A DNA stretch of 64,000 bases from the human T2T-CHM13v2.0 reference genome, Homo sapiens (GCF_009914755.1 NC_060942.1); one strand, 5' to 3'. Shown: positions 38,731 through 51,945, numbered from the stretch's first letter. Numbers and translations are program-made. The notes: generated by a model from the letters alone, not told the origin.

Positions 38731-38741
38731 AAATATATTCT

Positions 38742-38860
38742 ATAGAGACTGGATTTCCCTATGTTGCCCAGGCTGGTCTTGAACTCCGGAGCTCAAGCAA
38801 TCCTCCCACCTCGGCCTCCCAAAACGTTGGGATTACAGGTGTGGGCCACCACACCAGGCC
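38742..38860 (-). mobile_element. FLAM / Alu left monomer
   Basis: TATGTTGCCCAGGCTGGTCTTGAACTCC..GCTCAAGCAATCCTCCCACCTCGGCCTCCC..GGGATTACAGG. Confidence 0.9.
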
Positions 38861-40581
38861 ACAGATATATTGTTAAGTGAAATATAAAATGAGTGAATAT
38901 GGCATGACTGCATTTATATAAAGCTCAAAACAGCAAAACTGCTGTACAATGATACAAGTCAGGATAGTGGTTACCTTTGAGGGAGTTCCGACTGGACGGA
39001 GGTTTAAGAGGGAGCTATCCAGAGTGCTGGGAATGTTCTAGAAGATGATCATGGCATGATTACAAGAGTGTTTACCTATGTGAAAATTCATCAAGCTGTG
39101 CATTTAAGGTTTGGACACTTTACTGAAAAGGTAGGGGGGTGTGTTGGGGGGCAATGGTGGAAGACAGGACTGCAGTCAGAAGACAAGAAGAGAATAAAGT
39201 TTAGCCAGGCAAGGTATAATGAGGGTTGAGAGCTGGCCTTGGTGGCCTTTCTTGTGCCCAAGAGCCTTGGGGAACAGAGCAGCTGTTCCAGTAAAAAGGT
39301 TAATGCATCAAGGGTCAGCAATGAAGATAAAAAGGAATCTTTACCAGCACCTAGTCCACTCTGAAAGGACAAATAAACAAGAGTGGTTCCTTTACTTTTG
39401 GAGTGTGAGTCAGGAAGTTAAGCTGCCACCTGGGGACTGTCCACCAATGCCGTTCCTGGAGACCACAGAGACCCCTGTCCCCACCCCTGATTTGCATCAA
39501 GTGCTGGCTGTTCTAGAAGAAATTAATAAAATTGGTTTTTTTCCTTTTTAAAACCCCAGATCTTCGAACTCATGTCTCTCTAACTTCTACTTATGCCCCA
39601 GGAGACAAAGGGGGTGGGGGAATATCTTAGTTGGCACAGAGCCTGGAGTCTCACCCAGATATGAGAGGTGTTGCTTTACATATCGTTTAACTCCTGCAGG
39701 CTCCTTAAGATTTCCACCCACTAAATGTGTTGCCTGCCCCAGGAGGGCTTTGTCAGCCTTTCTTCTCATCTCCACCACTGATCCTGCTCCTTGGCCTGGC
39801 TCGGAAGCCCCTGTCAACTTCAGCTCACTCACCTTCCCAACATCTCAGACTCTGTGTGGCAGAAGGATGGCTGAGGTGTGCCACTTCCTTATTTGCTTTC
39901 CCTTTCCTGACTTAATTTGTGATTTATTGATATTTGTTTGCTTTTAGCAATCCAGCAATCTGGTTTTATTCTCCCACCCTACCCCAGTCACTTATATTAG
40001 GGTGGCTCTGAAAGTCTGTTATTTGGATTTGTTCTCCATCTGTCCTGTGCTCACTGTTGCTGTACTCCATGTAATACTGTTTAAAAATAAAGTCGAAAAA
40101 GTAACAACTAAATAGATGACAGCCTGGCAAAAACAGCAGCTGTTGCCCATAAGGCAAAATAGAGAATATTCCCCTGGATATATTTATAGAGAAATGGATA
40201 TTACAGAGTGAGACAGAAAAGAGGACAGAAAAGGGGTCTCAGCTAATGCAGTATCATTTAACCCTCTCTGATGCCAAGGAGGCAATGGATGTTCCAAGTT
40301 GGGACCTGTTATTCAACCCTCAGGCTCCAAACGGAAATGTGCAGGTCAAAGGAGTCCAAAGAGGAAGCTGGCATCTGGGAACTTCCATGAGATGAGTGTC
40401 TGCATCCCAACCCAGGTACAGGTCAGATCCAAATCAAGCTAACAAGTCCAGACATTGGAGCAGATACAACAATGAATTTCACATGAATTCTGCTTTTAAC
40501 AAACTTAAATTTTAGTTGTGCTAGGAAGACACAAAGTTACCAAAAGTCAATAATAAAATTTATTTTAAAATGCGAGTCACT

Positions 40582-40877
40582 GGCTGAGAATAGTGGTTTA
40601 CCCGTAATCCCAGCACTTTGGGAGGCCGAGGCAGGAGGACTGCTTGAGGCCCAGAGTTCAAGACCAGCCCAGGCAACATAGTGAGACACATCTCTACAAA
40701 AAATAAAAAACAATTAACCGGGCATGGTGGGTCACATTTGTAGTCCCAGCTACTCTAGAGACTGAAGTGGGAGGATTGCTTGAACCCAGGAGGTCAAGGC
40801 TGAGTAAGTCATGAATGTGCCACTAAACTCCCACCTGGGCAACAGAACAAGATCTTGTCTCTTAAAAAAAAAAAAAA
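40582..40877 (+). mobile_element. AluJ (Jo/Jr-like)
   Basis: GGAGGACTGCTTGAGGCC, GGCAACATAGTGAGAC, GGAGGATTGCTTGAA..GGAGGTCAAGGCTG; poly-A; degraded TSD AAAATGCGAGTCA / AAAATCCAAGTCA. Confidence 0.92.
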
Positions 40878-40889
40878 TCCAAGTCATAT

Positions 40890-41950
40890 GATACCAAAAG
40901 GACAAATGACAAAATAAAACATAAATGGGACTTTATCAAAATTTAAAACTTTTGGGTTTTAATGGACACCATCAATAAAGTGAAAAGCAACCTACATTTG
41001 GTAGAAAATATTTGAAAATCATATATATCTGATAAGGGACTTGTGTCTAGACTATTTAAAGAACTCTCAGAACTCAAAAATAAAAAGATAATCCAATATT
41101 TAAAACATGGTCAAAGGATCTGAATAGACATATCTTCAAAGAAGATATGCAAATGGCCGGTAAGTACATGAGAAGCTGAATATCATTAGCCACCAGGGAA
41201 ATGCAAATGAAAACCATAATAAGATATCACTATCCTCTCATTAGAATGGCTAGAATCAAAAAGTCAGCTAAGAACAAGTGTGGGCAAGGATGTGGAGAAA
41301 TTGTAGCTTTCACACACTGCTGGTAGGAATGTAAAATGGCACAACCACTTTGGAAAACAGCCTGGCAGTTACTCAAAAGGTTAAATATAGAGTTACCATA
41401 TGATCCAGAAATTTCACTCCTAAATATATACCCCAAAGCATATATCCACATAAAAGCTTATACATGAACTTCACAGCAGAATTATTCAAAATAGCCAAAA
41501 GTGGAAACAAATGTCCATCAATTGATGAATGAATGAACGAATGAATAAAAGGCAGTATATCCACACAGTGAAACAGAATCCAGCCTTAAAAAGGAATGAA
41601 GTTCTGATAAATGCTACAGCATGGATGAACCTTGAAAATATCATGCAAAGTGAAAGAAGCCAGCCACAAAAGATCACATATTATATAATTCCATTTAAAT
41701 TACATGTCCAGCAAAGGCAAATTATTAGAGACAGAAGGCAGATTAAGTGGTTGTCATGGAGTGAGGGAAGAGAGAATTGGGAGTGACTGCTAATGGGTAC
41801 GAGGTGTCTCCGGGGGTAGGGAAAATGTTCTGGAATTAGAAGAGATGGTTGCAAAACTCCATGAATGTCCTAAAAACTATTAAATGATATGCTTTAAATG
41901 GGTGAATTCTATGATATGTAAATTATATATCAATTAAACTGTTTTTTTAA
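40890..41950 (+). mobile_element. L1MB7/8-like 3' end
   Basis: GGGAAATGCAAATGAAAACC, GGAATGTAAAATGG..CCACTTTGGAAAACAG, CATGGATGAACCTTGAAAA; terminus AAATTATATATCAATTAAACTGTT. Confidence 0.9.
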
Positions 41951-43786
41951 AAATTCCATAAAGTTTTTACGGAGAGACAAATGACTCAGAATAGCCAACT
42001 CAATATTGAAGAAGAAAACAAAGTATTCAGAGGACTGACTTCAAGAACTACTTATAAAATTATGCTAATGAAGACAGCATGGTATTGGTGAAATAATAGA
42101 CAAATAGATCAATGGAACAAAGACAGTTTAGGAATAAACCCACATAAATATAGTCAACTGATCTTTGACAAAGGAGCAAAGCCAGTGAATGGAGCAAAGA
42201 TAATCTTTTCAATAAATGGTGTTAAAACAACTGTATATCCATATGCAAAAAATTAATCTAGACAAAGACCTCACATTCTTCACAAAAATAACTCAAATGG
42301 GTGAATCATAGACCTAAATGTAAAATGTGAAACTATAAAACTCCTAGAAGATAACAGAGGAGAAAACCTAGATGACCTTGTGTATGATGGTGACTTTTTA
42401 GATACAACACCAAAGGCACGACCCATAAAAGAAACAACTGGTAAGCTGAACCTCATTAAAATGAAAATCTTCTGCTCTGCAAAAAACACGTCAAGAGAAT
42501 AAGAAGACAAGCCATAGAGTAGGAGAAATATTTGCAAGCAATAAATCTGATAAAGAACTGGTATCCAAAATACACAAAGAACTCTTAAAACTCAAACTAA
42601 GAAACAATTTGATTAAAAAGTAGACAAATGATTTGAACAGACACCTCACCAAAGAAGATATGCAGATGGTAATTAAGCATATGAAAAATGTTCAACATCA
42701 ACATCATATGTCATTAAGGAATTGCAAATTAAAACAACAAGGAGACACTACTGCATACCTATTAGAATGCCCAAAATTCAAATCACTGACAACACCAAAT
42801 GCTAGTGAGGATGTGGAGCAACAGGAACTCTCATTCATTGTTGGTGGGGATGCAAAATGATACAGCCACTGTGGAAGACAGTTTGGCAGTTTCTTATAAA
42901 ACTTAACATAATCTTACCATATGATCCAGTGATCACATTCCTTGACATTTACCTAAATGAATTAAAAACTTATGTCTACACAAAAACCTGTACATGAATG
43001 TTTATAGCAGCTTTATTCATAATCATCAAAACTTGGAAGTGACCAAGGTGTCCTTCAGCGGGTGAATGGATAAATAAACCATGGTACATAGAGACATGCT
43101 AAAAAGACATGAGCTATTAAGCTATGAAGAGATATGGATGAAACATAAATGCATATTACCAAGTAAAAGAAACCAGTCTGGCCAGGCGCAGTGGCTCATG
43201 CCTGTGATCTCAGCACTTTGGGAGGCCAAAGCAGGAGGATCACTAGAGCCCAGGTGTTTGAGACTAGCCTGGGAAACAGAGCAAGACCCCGTCTCTACAA
43301 ATAATTAAAAACATATATATATTTTTAAAAAGTCAGTCTGGAAAAGGTTACATACTATATGATCCTAACTATATGACACTCTGGAAAAGACAGAACTAGG
43401 AGACAGTAAAAGGATTAGTGGTTTCCAGGGGTTGGGGGGAGGAATGAATAGGTGGAGCACAGAGGATGTTGAAAGCAGTGAAACTGCTCTGTATGTTACT
43501 GTTATGATGGACACATGTCATTATACATGTGTCCAAACCTATAGAATATACCACACTAAGAGTGAACCCTAATGTAAACTATGGCCCCTGGGTGATAATG
43601 ATGTGTCACTGTAGGTTCATTGATTGTGACAAATGTACCACTCTCAGGGGCCAGGGGGGATGTCAATAATGTGGGAGGCTGTGCATGAATGGGGGCAGGG
43701 GGTATAAGGGAACTCTCCGTACTTTCTGCTCAATTTTGCTGTGAACCTAAAACTGCTGTGAAAAGTAAATTTTATTAATAAAAAAT
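41950..43786 (+). mobile_element. L1MC1-like ORF2 3' end and 3' UTR
   Basis: CAACTGATCTTTGACAAAGGAGCAAA, AAACTCCTAGAAGATAAC, GATGTGGAGCAACAGGAACTCTCATTCATTG, GTGAACCCTAATGTAAACTATGG, TGTGAACCTAAAACTGCT. Confidence 0.92.
43180..43325 (+). mobile_element. FLAM / Alu monomer inserted in L1MC1
   Basis: GGCCAGGCGCAGTGGCTCATGCCTGT..GGAGGATCACTAGAGCCCAGG..GACCCCGTCTCTACAAA; single monomer. Confidence 0.9.
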
Positions 43787-45219
43787 ATCTAAGCCAAGAG
43801 AAGAGAGGGGACAAGTTAGTTTGTGATTCATAGCTGAGTGGCTGGTATGGCAGGAAAGGCAGGAGGTCTAAGCTGAGAGACTGTCCATGCCAGACAAGGG
43901 GGGATTGGGCTGGGTCTTGAAGAAGGAGTAGAATTTGGAAAGGAGAGTTAATCCAGGTGTGGGGAAGGAGAATATAGGCCAACTTCGAAGAATGCTGAAA
44001 ACCCTCCTCTGCCTGGCCAGCCTGGACCACTACTATGTGTGGGGGCTACAAAACTCCTCAAACCCAAGTGCAGCCACGTACAAGGTCTGGCTTAGACCCA
44101 CAAAGGGAAGGCCTTTCCTCCAGCCGGAGACCGGCGAGAGAATCTGTTTTGCAGCTCCCCCAGCTTACACCCTCGCCTGGCTCCTGGTTTCAGCGGGGGC
44201 AGTTCTCCCTGGAGCTCTCATAGTGGGAGCAGCCAGGGCACAGACCTTTTGGAAGGAATGAGGCTGGTACACTAGAGGAAGAAGATGCGGGCCAGAATGG
44301 CTTTTTGCCCTAGACACAATCCTCAATCCTGCTGTCCTTTAACTTTCTCAATGACCAGGGTTTTGTTTTTGACTACACAGGTGCCTTTACTTTTAGTTTT
44401 CTGTCCGCAAACCCTCCAGTGTCTGGAAATTAATGTGCCCATGATGGCCTGCTGCAGAAGAACCTTTAGTGATGGCCCCAGTCACTCTTGAGCTGATGTT
44501 TTCATAATTACAACCAGAGTGTCCTGCACTTGCATTGAGTGGGACCCACTCTTTCCCTGAACCTTTCCGTCTTCAATGGTTTCTCCTGTGCGCGCTAGAG
44601 ATTAAACAGCTCCTACTGTATCCCCATGATAACAGATCTGTGTTATCAGAATACCTCGCCTTTGTTGGCATCTCATTGCTCTTGACATAAATGAAGCAAA
44701 CACTTTAATCTAGATCAAATCTGAAAAGAAAGCAGCTACATTTTAGACAGCAGTAAAGAGGACTGGGCACAGACAGCATGTGCTTTATCCAAATTTATTA
44801 CCTTCTTATTTGGGTACTGGTTCTGACTGTTCTGACCCCAATGCAGAGGCTCCATTGGGCTAAAGGACATGCTGGAAAATTTTGGCAGGGATGGGAATGG
44901 GCACTAAGAAGAAACTGGCTAACGGGCAATGTCAGAGCAAAGGAGCCCCTCTCTGGGCCGAGCTTTCATGTGAGGTGGTTCCATGGAGCTGTCAAAATGT
45001 AGGGCTGGGATGAAAAATGGCCTCCGGTTGCACAGCTGTGACAACGTGTGTGGCAAATGCAGGGTGAGGTGAGTCAAAGGTGCTTGGACACGCATCAGCC
45101 TGCCTTGCGGTGAGAGCGGACACCGTGTGCAGGCACCACTTAGAGGCCACTGTGCACTCCTTGGTGCCACGACACAGGGTAGACTTGGAAAGACTGGTGG
45201 CTGCTTTTTCTCCAAGTCA

Positions 45220-46083
45220 ATTTTTTAAAATTGTGGTAAAATACACATAACATGAAAATTTACCATTTTAATTATTTTAAGTGTACAGTTCAGTGACATT
45301 AAACACATTTACATTGTTGGGCAACTATCCCCACCATCCACCTCCAGAACTTTTTTTCATTTTCCCAAACTGAAACTGTCTCCAATAAACATAAATTCCC
45401 CATTCTTCCCTCCTCCCAGCCATGGGCAACCACCAGCTATTCTCTGTCTCTAGGAATTTAACTATGCTAGGTCCCTCATATGATGGAATCATGCAGTGTT
45501 TGTCCTTTTGCATTTGGTTTATTTCACTTAACATAATGTCCTCAAGGTTCAAACATGTTGGCAGGACTGGTTTCAAAAGATACGGGTCACAAAGCCCCTG
45601 CTGATAAAACAGGATGCAGTAAAGAAGCTGGTTAAAACCTACCAAAACCAAGATGGCCACCCTCATTGCTCATTATATGCTAATTATAATACATCAGCAT
45701 GCTAAAGGAAACTCCCACCACTGCCATGACAGTAGCAACCCTTTTATTCCTTTACTTTCTTAATAAACTTGCATTCACTTCACTCTGTTAGCTCGCTCTT
45801 GAATTTCTTCCTGCATAAAGCCAAGAACCCCAATTTTGGGGTTTACCCTGTGACATGTGGTAGCATGTGTCAAAATTCCCTACTTTTTAAGGCTAAATAA
45901 TATTCTATTTTATGTATATATCAAGTTTATCCACTCATCCATCAGTGAACACTGGTTTGCCTCCACCTCTTGGCTATTGTGAATAATGCTGCTATGAACA
46001 TAGGTGTACAAGGATCTGTTTGAGTCTCTGCTTTCAATTCCTTCGGGTTTATATCTAGAAGTGGGATTGCTGGATCATATGGT
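45220..46083 (-). mobile_element. L1MB-type 3' end (antisense) interrupted by a MER41 LTR
   Basis: TTGTGGTAAAATACACATAACAT..AAGTGTACAGTTCAGTG, TTATTTCACTTAACATAATGTCCTCAAGGTTC, TGTGAATAATGCTGCTATGAACAT. Confidence 0.9.
45556..45855 (+). mobile_element. MER41-family ERV1 LTR, internally deleted
   Basis: GCTGATAAAACAGGATGCAGTAAAGAAGC..CCAAAACCAAGATGG..CTCATTATATGCTAATTATAAT..TTTTATTCCTTTACTTTCTTAATAAACTTGC. Confidence 0.85.
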
Positions 46084-46379
46084 CTCCAACCTTATTTTTA
46101 GCCATCTTGTTGCATATATGTGTTTATAAAACTCACAATGTCACTAGTCCTCTTTTGAAGTGGGTGAAACATAAAATGATAAAATACATTGATTAATGAT
46201 AAATCTCCTCCAGGTTCTAGGTTAAAAAGACCAGTTCCAATAATCCTGCTCATGGAATCGTGGTCATCCTCATTATTCAATCTTGACATTAGCAGAACCT
46301 TAGAAGACACAGAAGCCAACGGTCCACTTGGGGTAGACTCCTCTCCATAGCATCCCCAGCTTGGTAGGCTTACTCCCAG

Positions 46380-47282
46380 TGTTGACCAAAAAAGCCAAAC
46401 TCTGTGAAATATTCAAAAATATTTATTCTGAGCCAAATGGGAAGACACAGCCCATGACACAGCCTCAGGAGGTCCTGGGAACATGTGGCCAAGGTGGTTG
46501 GGTTACAGCTTGGTTTTATGTGTTTTAGCGAGTCATAAGACATCAATCAATATATGAGAGGTATACATTGGTTCAGTCCAGAAATGTGGGACAACTTGAA
46601 GCAGTGAATTACAAACCATTGGTGGATTCAAAGATTTTCTGATTGGCACTTGGTTGAAAGAGTTAAGTTATTATTTTAAAACCTGGAATCAATAGAAAGG
46701 AGTGTCTGGGTTAAGGTAAGGGGCTGTCAAGACTAAAGTTCTTGTTATGTAGATGAAGCCTCATAAATGGCCACCCTTAGAGGCAATAGATGGCAAGTGT
46801 TTCCCATTTAGACCTTTAAAAGGTGCTGGTCTCTCAGCTACTCTCTTCAGGATCAGAAAAAGACCTGGAAAGGGAAAGGGATTTTCTACAGAATGTAAAT
46901 TTCCCCCACAGTAGACAGATTTTCAGGGCATATTTTCAGACTTTTTTGACATAATTCAAAATATGCTAAAGAAATATATTTTGGGGTAAAGTACTTTGAT
47001 TTTCCTTCAGGGCCTGCTGTCATGTGATGCTATACTAAAGTCAGGTTGTTATCTTAATGGTACAAAAGAGTTTGTCTTGTCAGTCTTAACATCTCTGTTT
47101 TATTGTCAATGCTGGTCAGTCGTGCCTGAATTCCAAAAGGAGGAGAGTATAATAAGGCGTGTCCAACCCTCTCTTCCCTTCATGGCTTGAACTAGTTTTT
47201 CGGGTTTCTATGGAATCCCCTTGGCTGAGAGGAGGAGTCCATTCAGTCAGTGGGGGACTTAGAATTTTATTTTTGGTTTATA
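46380..47282 (-). mobile_element. MER4D/E-like ERV1 solo LTR
   Basis: Ends CTTAGAATTTTATTTTTGGTTTATA (reverse complement of the MER4 start); TTTATTCTGAGCCAAAT, GACACAGCCTCAGGAGGTCCTG; 4-bp TSD CCAG at 46376-46379 and 47283-47286. Confidence 0.9.
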
Positions 47283-47908
47283 CCAGCCATGGGGCACTCA
47301 CTACCACAGCAGGCAGCTGATTTCATGGTGGGCAGCTTTTCTTGTTTTCAAGTTCTTTATTGTGCTGAAGAGAAATTTGTTTTCTCCAGCTCACCAGTAA
47401 GGAGGAAGAGCTGTGTGGACTTGCTGGGCATCAGAGAAGCCTGAGGGGGTAGAAAATGCAGTCTCTGGTCTCTGAGGCTCACAGTCTGGTGGAGAGAGTG
47501 CTGCAGACACATTGGAAGCAGTTGCATAACCTTGCAGAATCACGAGGCAAAATGGGCAGCGAGGGCAACCCAGTTGCTAGGAGTTGAGGGAAGAGAGATC
47601 TACATGGCTGGCTTCTGGGTGCTCACTCCCTGGGGGGCGAAGGTGGCATACACTGACGAGTCCCAAACCTGGGTCTCCGGGCCAGACACATCTCAAGCTC
47701 CTCGCCAATTTTCCAAGGCAAGTAGAAATCCTTTCCTGCTTCCTCCCCCTGACAACTTCTCATCAGAAGCCAGCAGTCATCCTAAAACCCCGCTCCGTCA
47801 GCCCACACTCTGTGCATCCTGAGCCCGCTCAGTCCATCTCCTGAGTGCCTGTGGATCCATCCCTCCTCTCCATCCTATGGCCCCCACAGCCACTAGACCC
47901 TCATCATT

Positions 47909-48354
47909 TGTTGTGGGTTGAACTGTGTCCACCCCGAATTCATGTGGTAAGGTCCTACCTTCAAGTACCTTATTTGGCAATAAGAACACTGCAGATGTAA
48001 TTAATTAGGATGAGGTCATACCGGATGAGAGTAGGTCTCTAATCTAGCCTGACTGGTGTCCTTATAAAAAGGGGAGGTTTGGACACCAGCATGCGCAGGA
48101 AGGCCGTGTGATGGGAAGGCAGAGCTTGGGTGATGCAGCTGAAGCCAAGGAGTGCCACAGGCTGCCAGCAGCCCTCCAGAAGCTGGCAGAGGCCTGCAGC
48201 AGGTTCCCCTCACAGCTTCAGGAGGAACCAACCCTGCTGACAGCTTGATCTCAGACACCTGGCCTGCAGAGCCATGAGACAATCAATTCCTATGACCTCA
48301 CCCACTCAACTCAGTATGTGTGATTTGCTACGGCAGCCTGAGCAAACGAAAACA
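47909..48354 (+). mobile_element. MLT1C/B-like MaLR LTR
   Basis: TGTTGTGGGTTGAACTGTGTCC..CCTTATTTGG..GACTGGTGTCCTTATAA..AAGCCAAGGA..CCAGAAGCTGG..GGAACCAACCCTGCTGACA. Confidence 0.9.
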
Positions 48355-48399
48355 CCATTTCTCCCCAGCGTTCTTTGGTAGGCCTGAACTCTCTGCCTT

Positions 48400-48965
48400 C
48401 AAGCCCTCCTGTCCTTCCTGTCCCCAAGAAGCCCTCACGCAACCATCAGAAGCATTACTAAGACACAGATCTGACCCTGTCACTCCCAGGCTTAAAACCC
48501 GCGGAGGCCTCTCCTGCAGCGTAAGCACAGGGGATTTTGAAGTTGGCCAACTGGACGTAAGCCAGCCACCACCTGACCACTGAGGGCCTTTGAGTCCCCC
48601 TCCTTCTCCTCTCCTTCCTCTGCTCTACACACCCCTAGCCAGCCACCCTGAAGTCTTTGCAGTCTCCTGTGGGGCCTGCTGTCCCTCACTCACCTCTGGA
48701 TCTCTGTGAAGATCTTCTTATCCACCTGAAAAGCCCCATTTCTTCCTGGAAGATGAAAGCCCCCAGAGAGCCACACTCCCCGTGTAATCCCATCCATCAC
48801 GGCACTAACCCCACTGCCCCAACTCACAGGGCCCTATCACTAGGCCGTGTCTCATATCTTAAGGCCCCTGCCTCCCAGCCAGCCCTGTCTGGCCTGACTA
48901 GAGGGTGGTGGCCTTGGGTGGCCAGGGAACACTGGGTTGTCTGCTTGTGGCTCCTCTAAGAGCAT
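48400..48965 (+). mobile_element. L2 fragments
   Basis: CACAGATCTGACCCTGTCACTCCC..CTTAAAACCC; TTCTTCCTGGAAG. Confidence 0.5.
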
Positions 48966-50444
48966 CTGTTCATGGTAGTCCTTCTAGAATAGAGAACAAT
49001 GTGCTCACAACATCACCGTCCCAGGGGGAGCCCTGGGATGAGCCACACGGCTACCAACTCAGTGTACCACAGTAGACAGACCACAGCAAAGGCCAAGGTG
49101 ACACTGGGTCTCCTGCTGCCCTATTCAGGGAGACTGCCACACCACCACCATGGAAAAGGTCATGGAGCCCTACCTGCACCTGCAAGTCCAGGGTGCCTGG
49201 TTCAAAGTCAACACCGAACACCAGGGTTCCGGGGTGGCTCACTAGACCTGGCAGCGTCCACGTTCAGCTTCCCTTGTGGCCTTGGGTACATGTGGTAGTC
49301 TCCTGCCACCCTCACCCCAGGCCTGCACAGTCAGGGTGACAGCCCATTCCCCATAGTACCAGTGCTCTGCAGACAATGGTGCTGCAAAGGGCCGCTGAAT
49401 CAAAAGGAATGTGACTGTGCCTCTGCTGGCTCGAGAGGCTGGTCACCCTGCTCTCTCCCAGGAGGTGCTGCCTCTGCCCCCAGGTATTCCCTCCTAGAAT
49501 GAAAACTTCTCCAGGGCAGAAGACCTGGTACAGGGTGAGGCCAAAGGCAGGCCTTCTATACACACTTGTGCAAACAGTAAAGGCGTGCACACGCATGGGA
49601 CAGCTTGGGGTTTGCCTGGTCCAGCCCTCTCTCTACATGGCACACACAGGGCCCTGCCTGGTAAGATGCTTGAAAGCAGGGGCCTGGTTTCAGTGGATCT
49701 GTGGTGGTGTTTGTTGATTTTTAAACCACAAGTACATTTTCCATTTATTTCCTTCAAACAGGTTGTTGTAGCCTCTGCATCCTGGACTCTGCTCTCCTTG
49801 GCCTAAGAACCTCCCTTTCATTCACCTCAAGCCTTCTGCACCACTGCCGACTATGGCTGACATCCACGCTCTGCATGTGGGGCTACCCACCTACAGGCCT
49901 GCCCTGCTACAGCTCCATCCACCACTAGCCCTCAGGGCTGCCTAGGCAGTAACAGCCTACACTTGGAAGACAGCTATGCCGGGGCCAAGAGTGAAGGTCC
50001 CTCTCTCCCAGGCAGCTCTCAGCAAAAGGCATGTGGCAGAGACCCCCCTGGAGGCTCTCCCTAGAGCCCCTGCACACAGGACCCTCACCCCATTTGTATG
50101 TGTTCACCACAGCTTGTCTGCCAACCAGCCCCTTCTCCAACTTTATAATAACAGCAGCCCCCATCACAAGCCCCTTCCCATCTATTGTTCCATTTGACCC
50201 TCAGGCCTGGGACTGGACTGAGGAATGCTGGGTAAAGCCTCCTGTTTTCTCTGTCTTATAGATGCAGCAGCCAGAGCATGAGGGGGAGCCACCTGCCCAT
50301 GGCAGCAGAAGTATATCGGACTCACTCCCGAGCTGCAGTGTCAATCCCTCCTCCCACACTGCATATGCTGCCGGCCCCTGCCCTCCCAGGCACTGCCCTG
50401 GGCTCTCCCTCCTAGCAAAATCTGGCCTCAGCTAGTTGGGTAAA

Positions 50445-50700
50445 ATAACAATAATGATGACAACACTAACATCTGATGAGAACTGACTTCATGCAGGGCC
50501 TTGTTCTAAGCATCTGCACACATTAATTCATTTACTCCCTACTGTATCCCAATGAGGCAAGTACCATATCATTCCCACATTCCAGGTGGGGACACTGAGG
50601 TACACAGCTTAAGTGCCTTCCCAGGTCACACAGCCTGTAAATAGCGGGGAAAGGATTCAGGCCTAGGCAGCAGGTGGCAGAGTTCTATGCACAAAGCCAC
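50445..50700 (-). mobile_element. MIR SINE
   Basis: TGTTCTAAGC..CATTAATTCATTTA..CACTGAGG..CTTAAGTGCCTTCCCAGGTCACACAGC..GGATTCA. Confidence 0.85.
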
Positions 50701-51789
50701 ACTCAGGCATTGACAACCCACAGAGGCTTAGAGGGCTGCATTTCAACAAGGGGTAATGCCTTCATTTGCAAAAAGAGTCACATGGTGGCAAGGTGGGCAG
50801 GTGGCAGGAGGGAGGAAGAGAGATCTCTGAGCAAGGAGTCTTGCATGCTGCATCTCGCATCCTTGGCCAGAGGGGATCAGAGTGTTGGAGGAGTGGACTG
50901 AGTTGGTCAGGTAGATCCCTATTTGGGTAACTGGTGTCAGAGCAGAGAGTGGGATGGATGGAGAGGGATGGAGGCTGAGAGACAGGTTGGGAGGCAATTG
51001 CAACAGAACCAGACCAAAGCTGAGGCAGTGGATAAAGAGGAGGCCCCCATGTGTCCTGTTATGGCCCCTCCCAGAAGATGGCCTCACACTGGGGTGTTGG
51101 CCAACATTTGTTCCAAAGACTTCTGTCATCCGCAGATGTGGCACAGAGCCCACTAGCCTGCTCACCAGACCCATTCTCTGCTGCTGAGGGGCCTGGTGAA
51201 CTCAACATCTGCTCTGGGACCAGAGATCCCAGGCCCCAAGTTCACACACTCAGAAACTTGAAGGTGCCACCCCAGTTCCCTCTGAAGGCAGAGCACAGTT
51301 CAGTTCACTCACAGTCCAGTTTGGCCCATAGTGCAGTTGAGATCCTATTCAAATCAGGCACAGACCCAGGATGGAGAGGGGATGAATGACTGCAGCTCAG
51401 TCAAGCACCACTTTATTGGGGCTGCAGTGCCAGCGCTGGCACCTTGGATGGGAGCCTTGGAGCTCCTCAGAGATGCTGGGCTAAGGCTCAAACAGCAAGC
51501 AGGCCTTACTTTCCCCAACAGATGCCAGGGGAGTAAGGCTGCCTCTAGGGAACAAATACTTATTGAGCACCTAAGTGTCAGGCATGGTGCTGGGGGCAGG
51601 GATGTAACTTAGAATCAAACTTGCCAAGGCCACAGACCATGGAGCTCAAATTTTCTCCTACACGTGGGCCTGACATGCCAAGTGCCCAGAATAGCAATAT
51701 TTAGCTTTTACAGACAGTCCAGGATTGAAACAGATAAGCAGGGTCTCTGCCCAACCCTGTGAGAAATCAATAAATCAACCCACAGGTGG

Positions 51790-51945
51790 CAATAAAGACG
51801 GTTAAAACTTCTTACATGCCAAGTACTTTGTAAGTGCTTTACATATGTCAACTCACTCTACAATAGAAAGAGTCCAAGGAAGCAAATATCATAAACTCCA
51901 CTGTTCAGCAGCAAAAACGGAGGCACAGAGGGGTCAAGTCACTCT
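51790..51945 (-). mobile_element. MIR SINE
   Basis: TGCCAAGTACTTTGTAAGTGCTTTACATATG..AAACGGAGGCACAGAGGGGTCAAGTCAC. Confidence 0.75.

Noticed and set aside
50667-50680. CTCF-like GCAGCAGGTGGCAG (also 13152-13165)
   Set aside because: These are imperfect matches expected by chance in 64 kb of GC-rich DNA, and one lies in a MIR.
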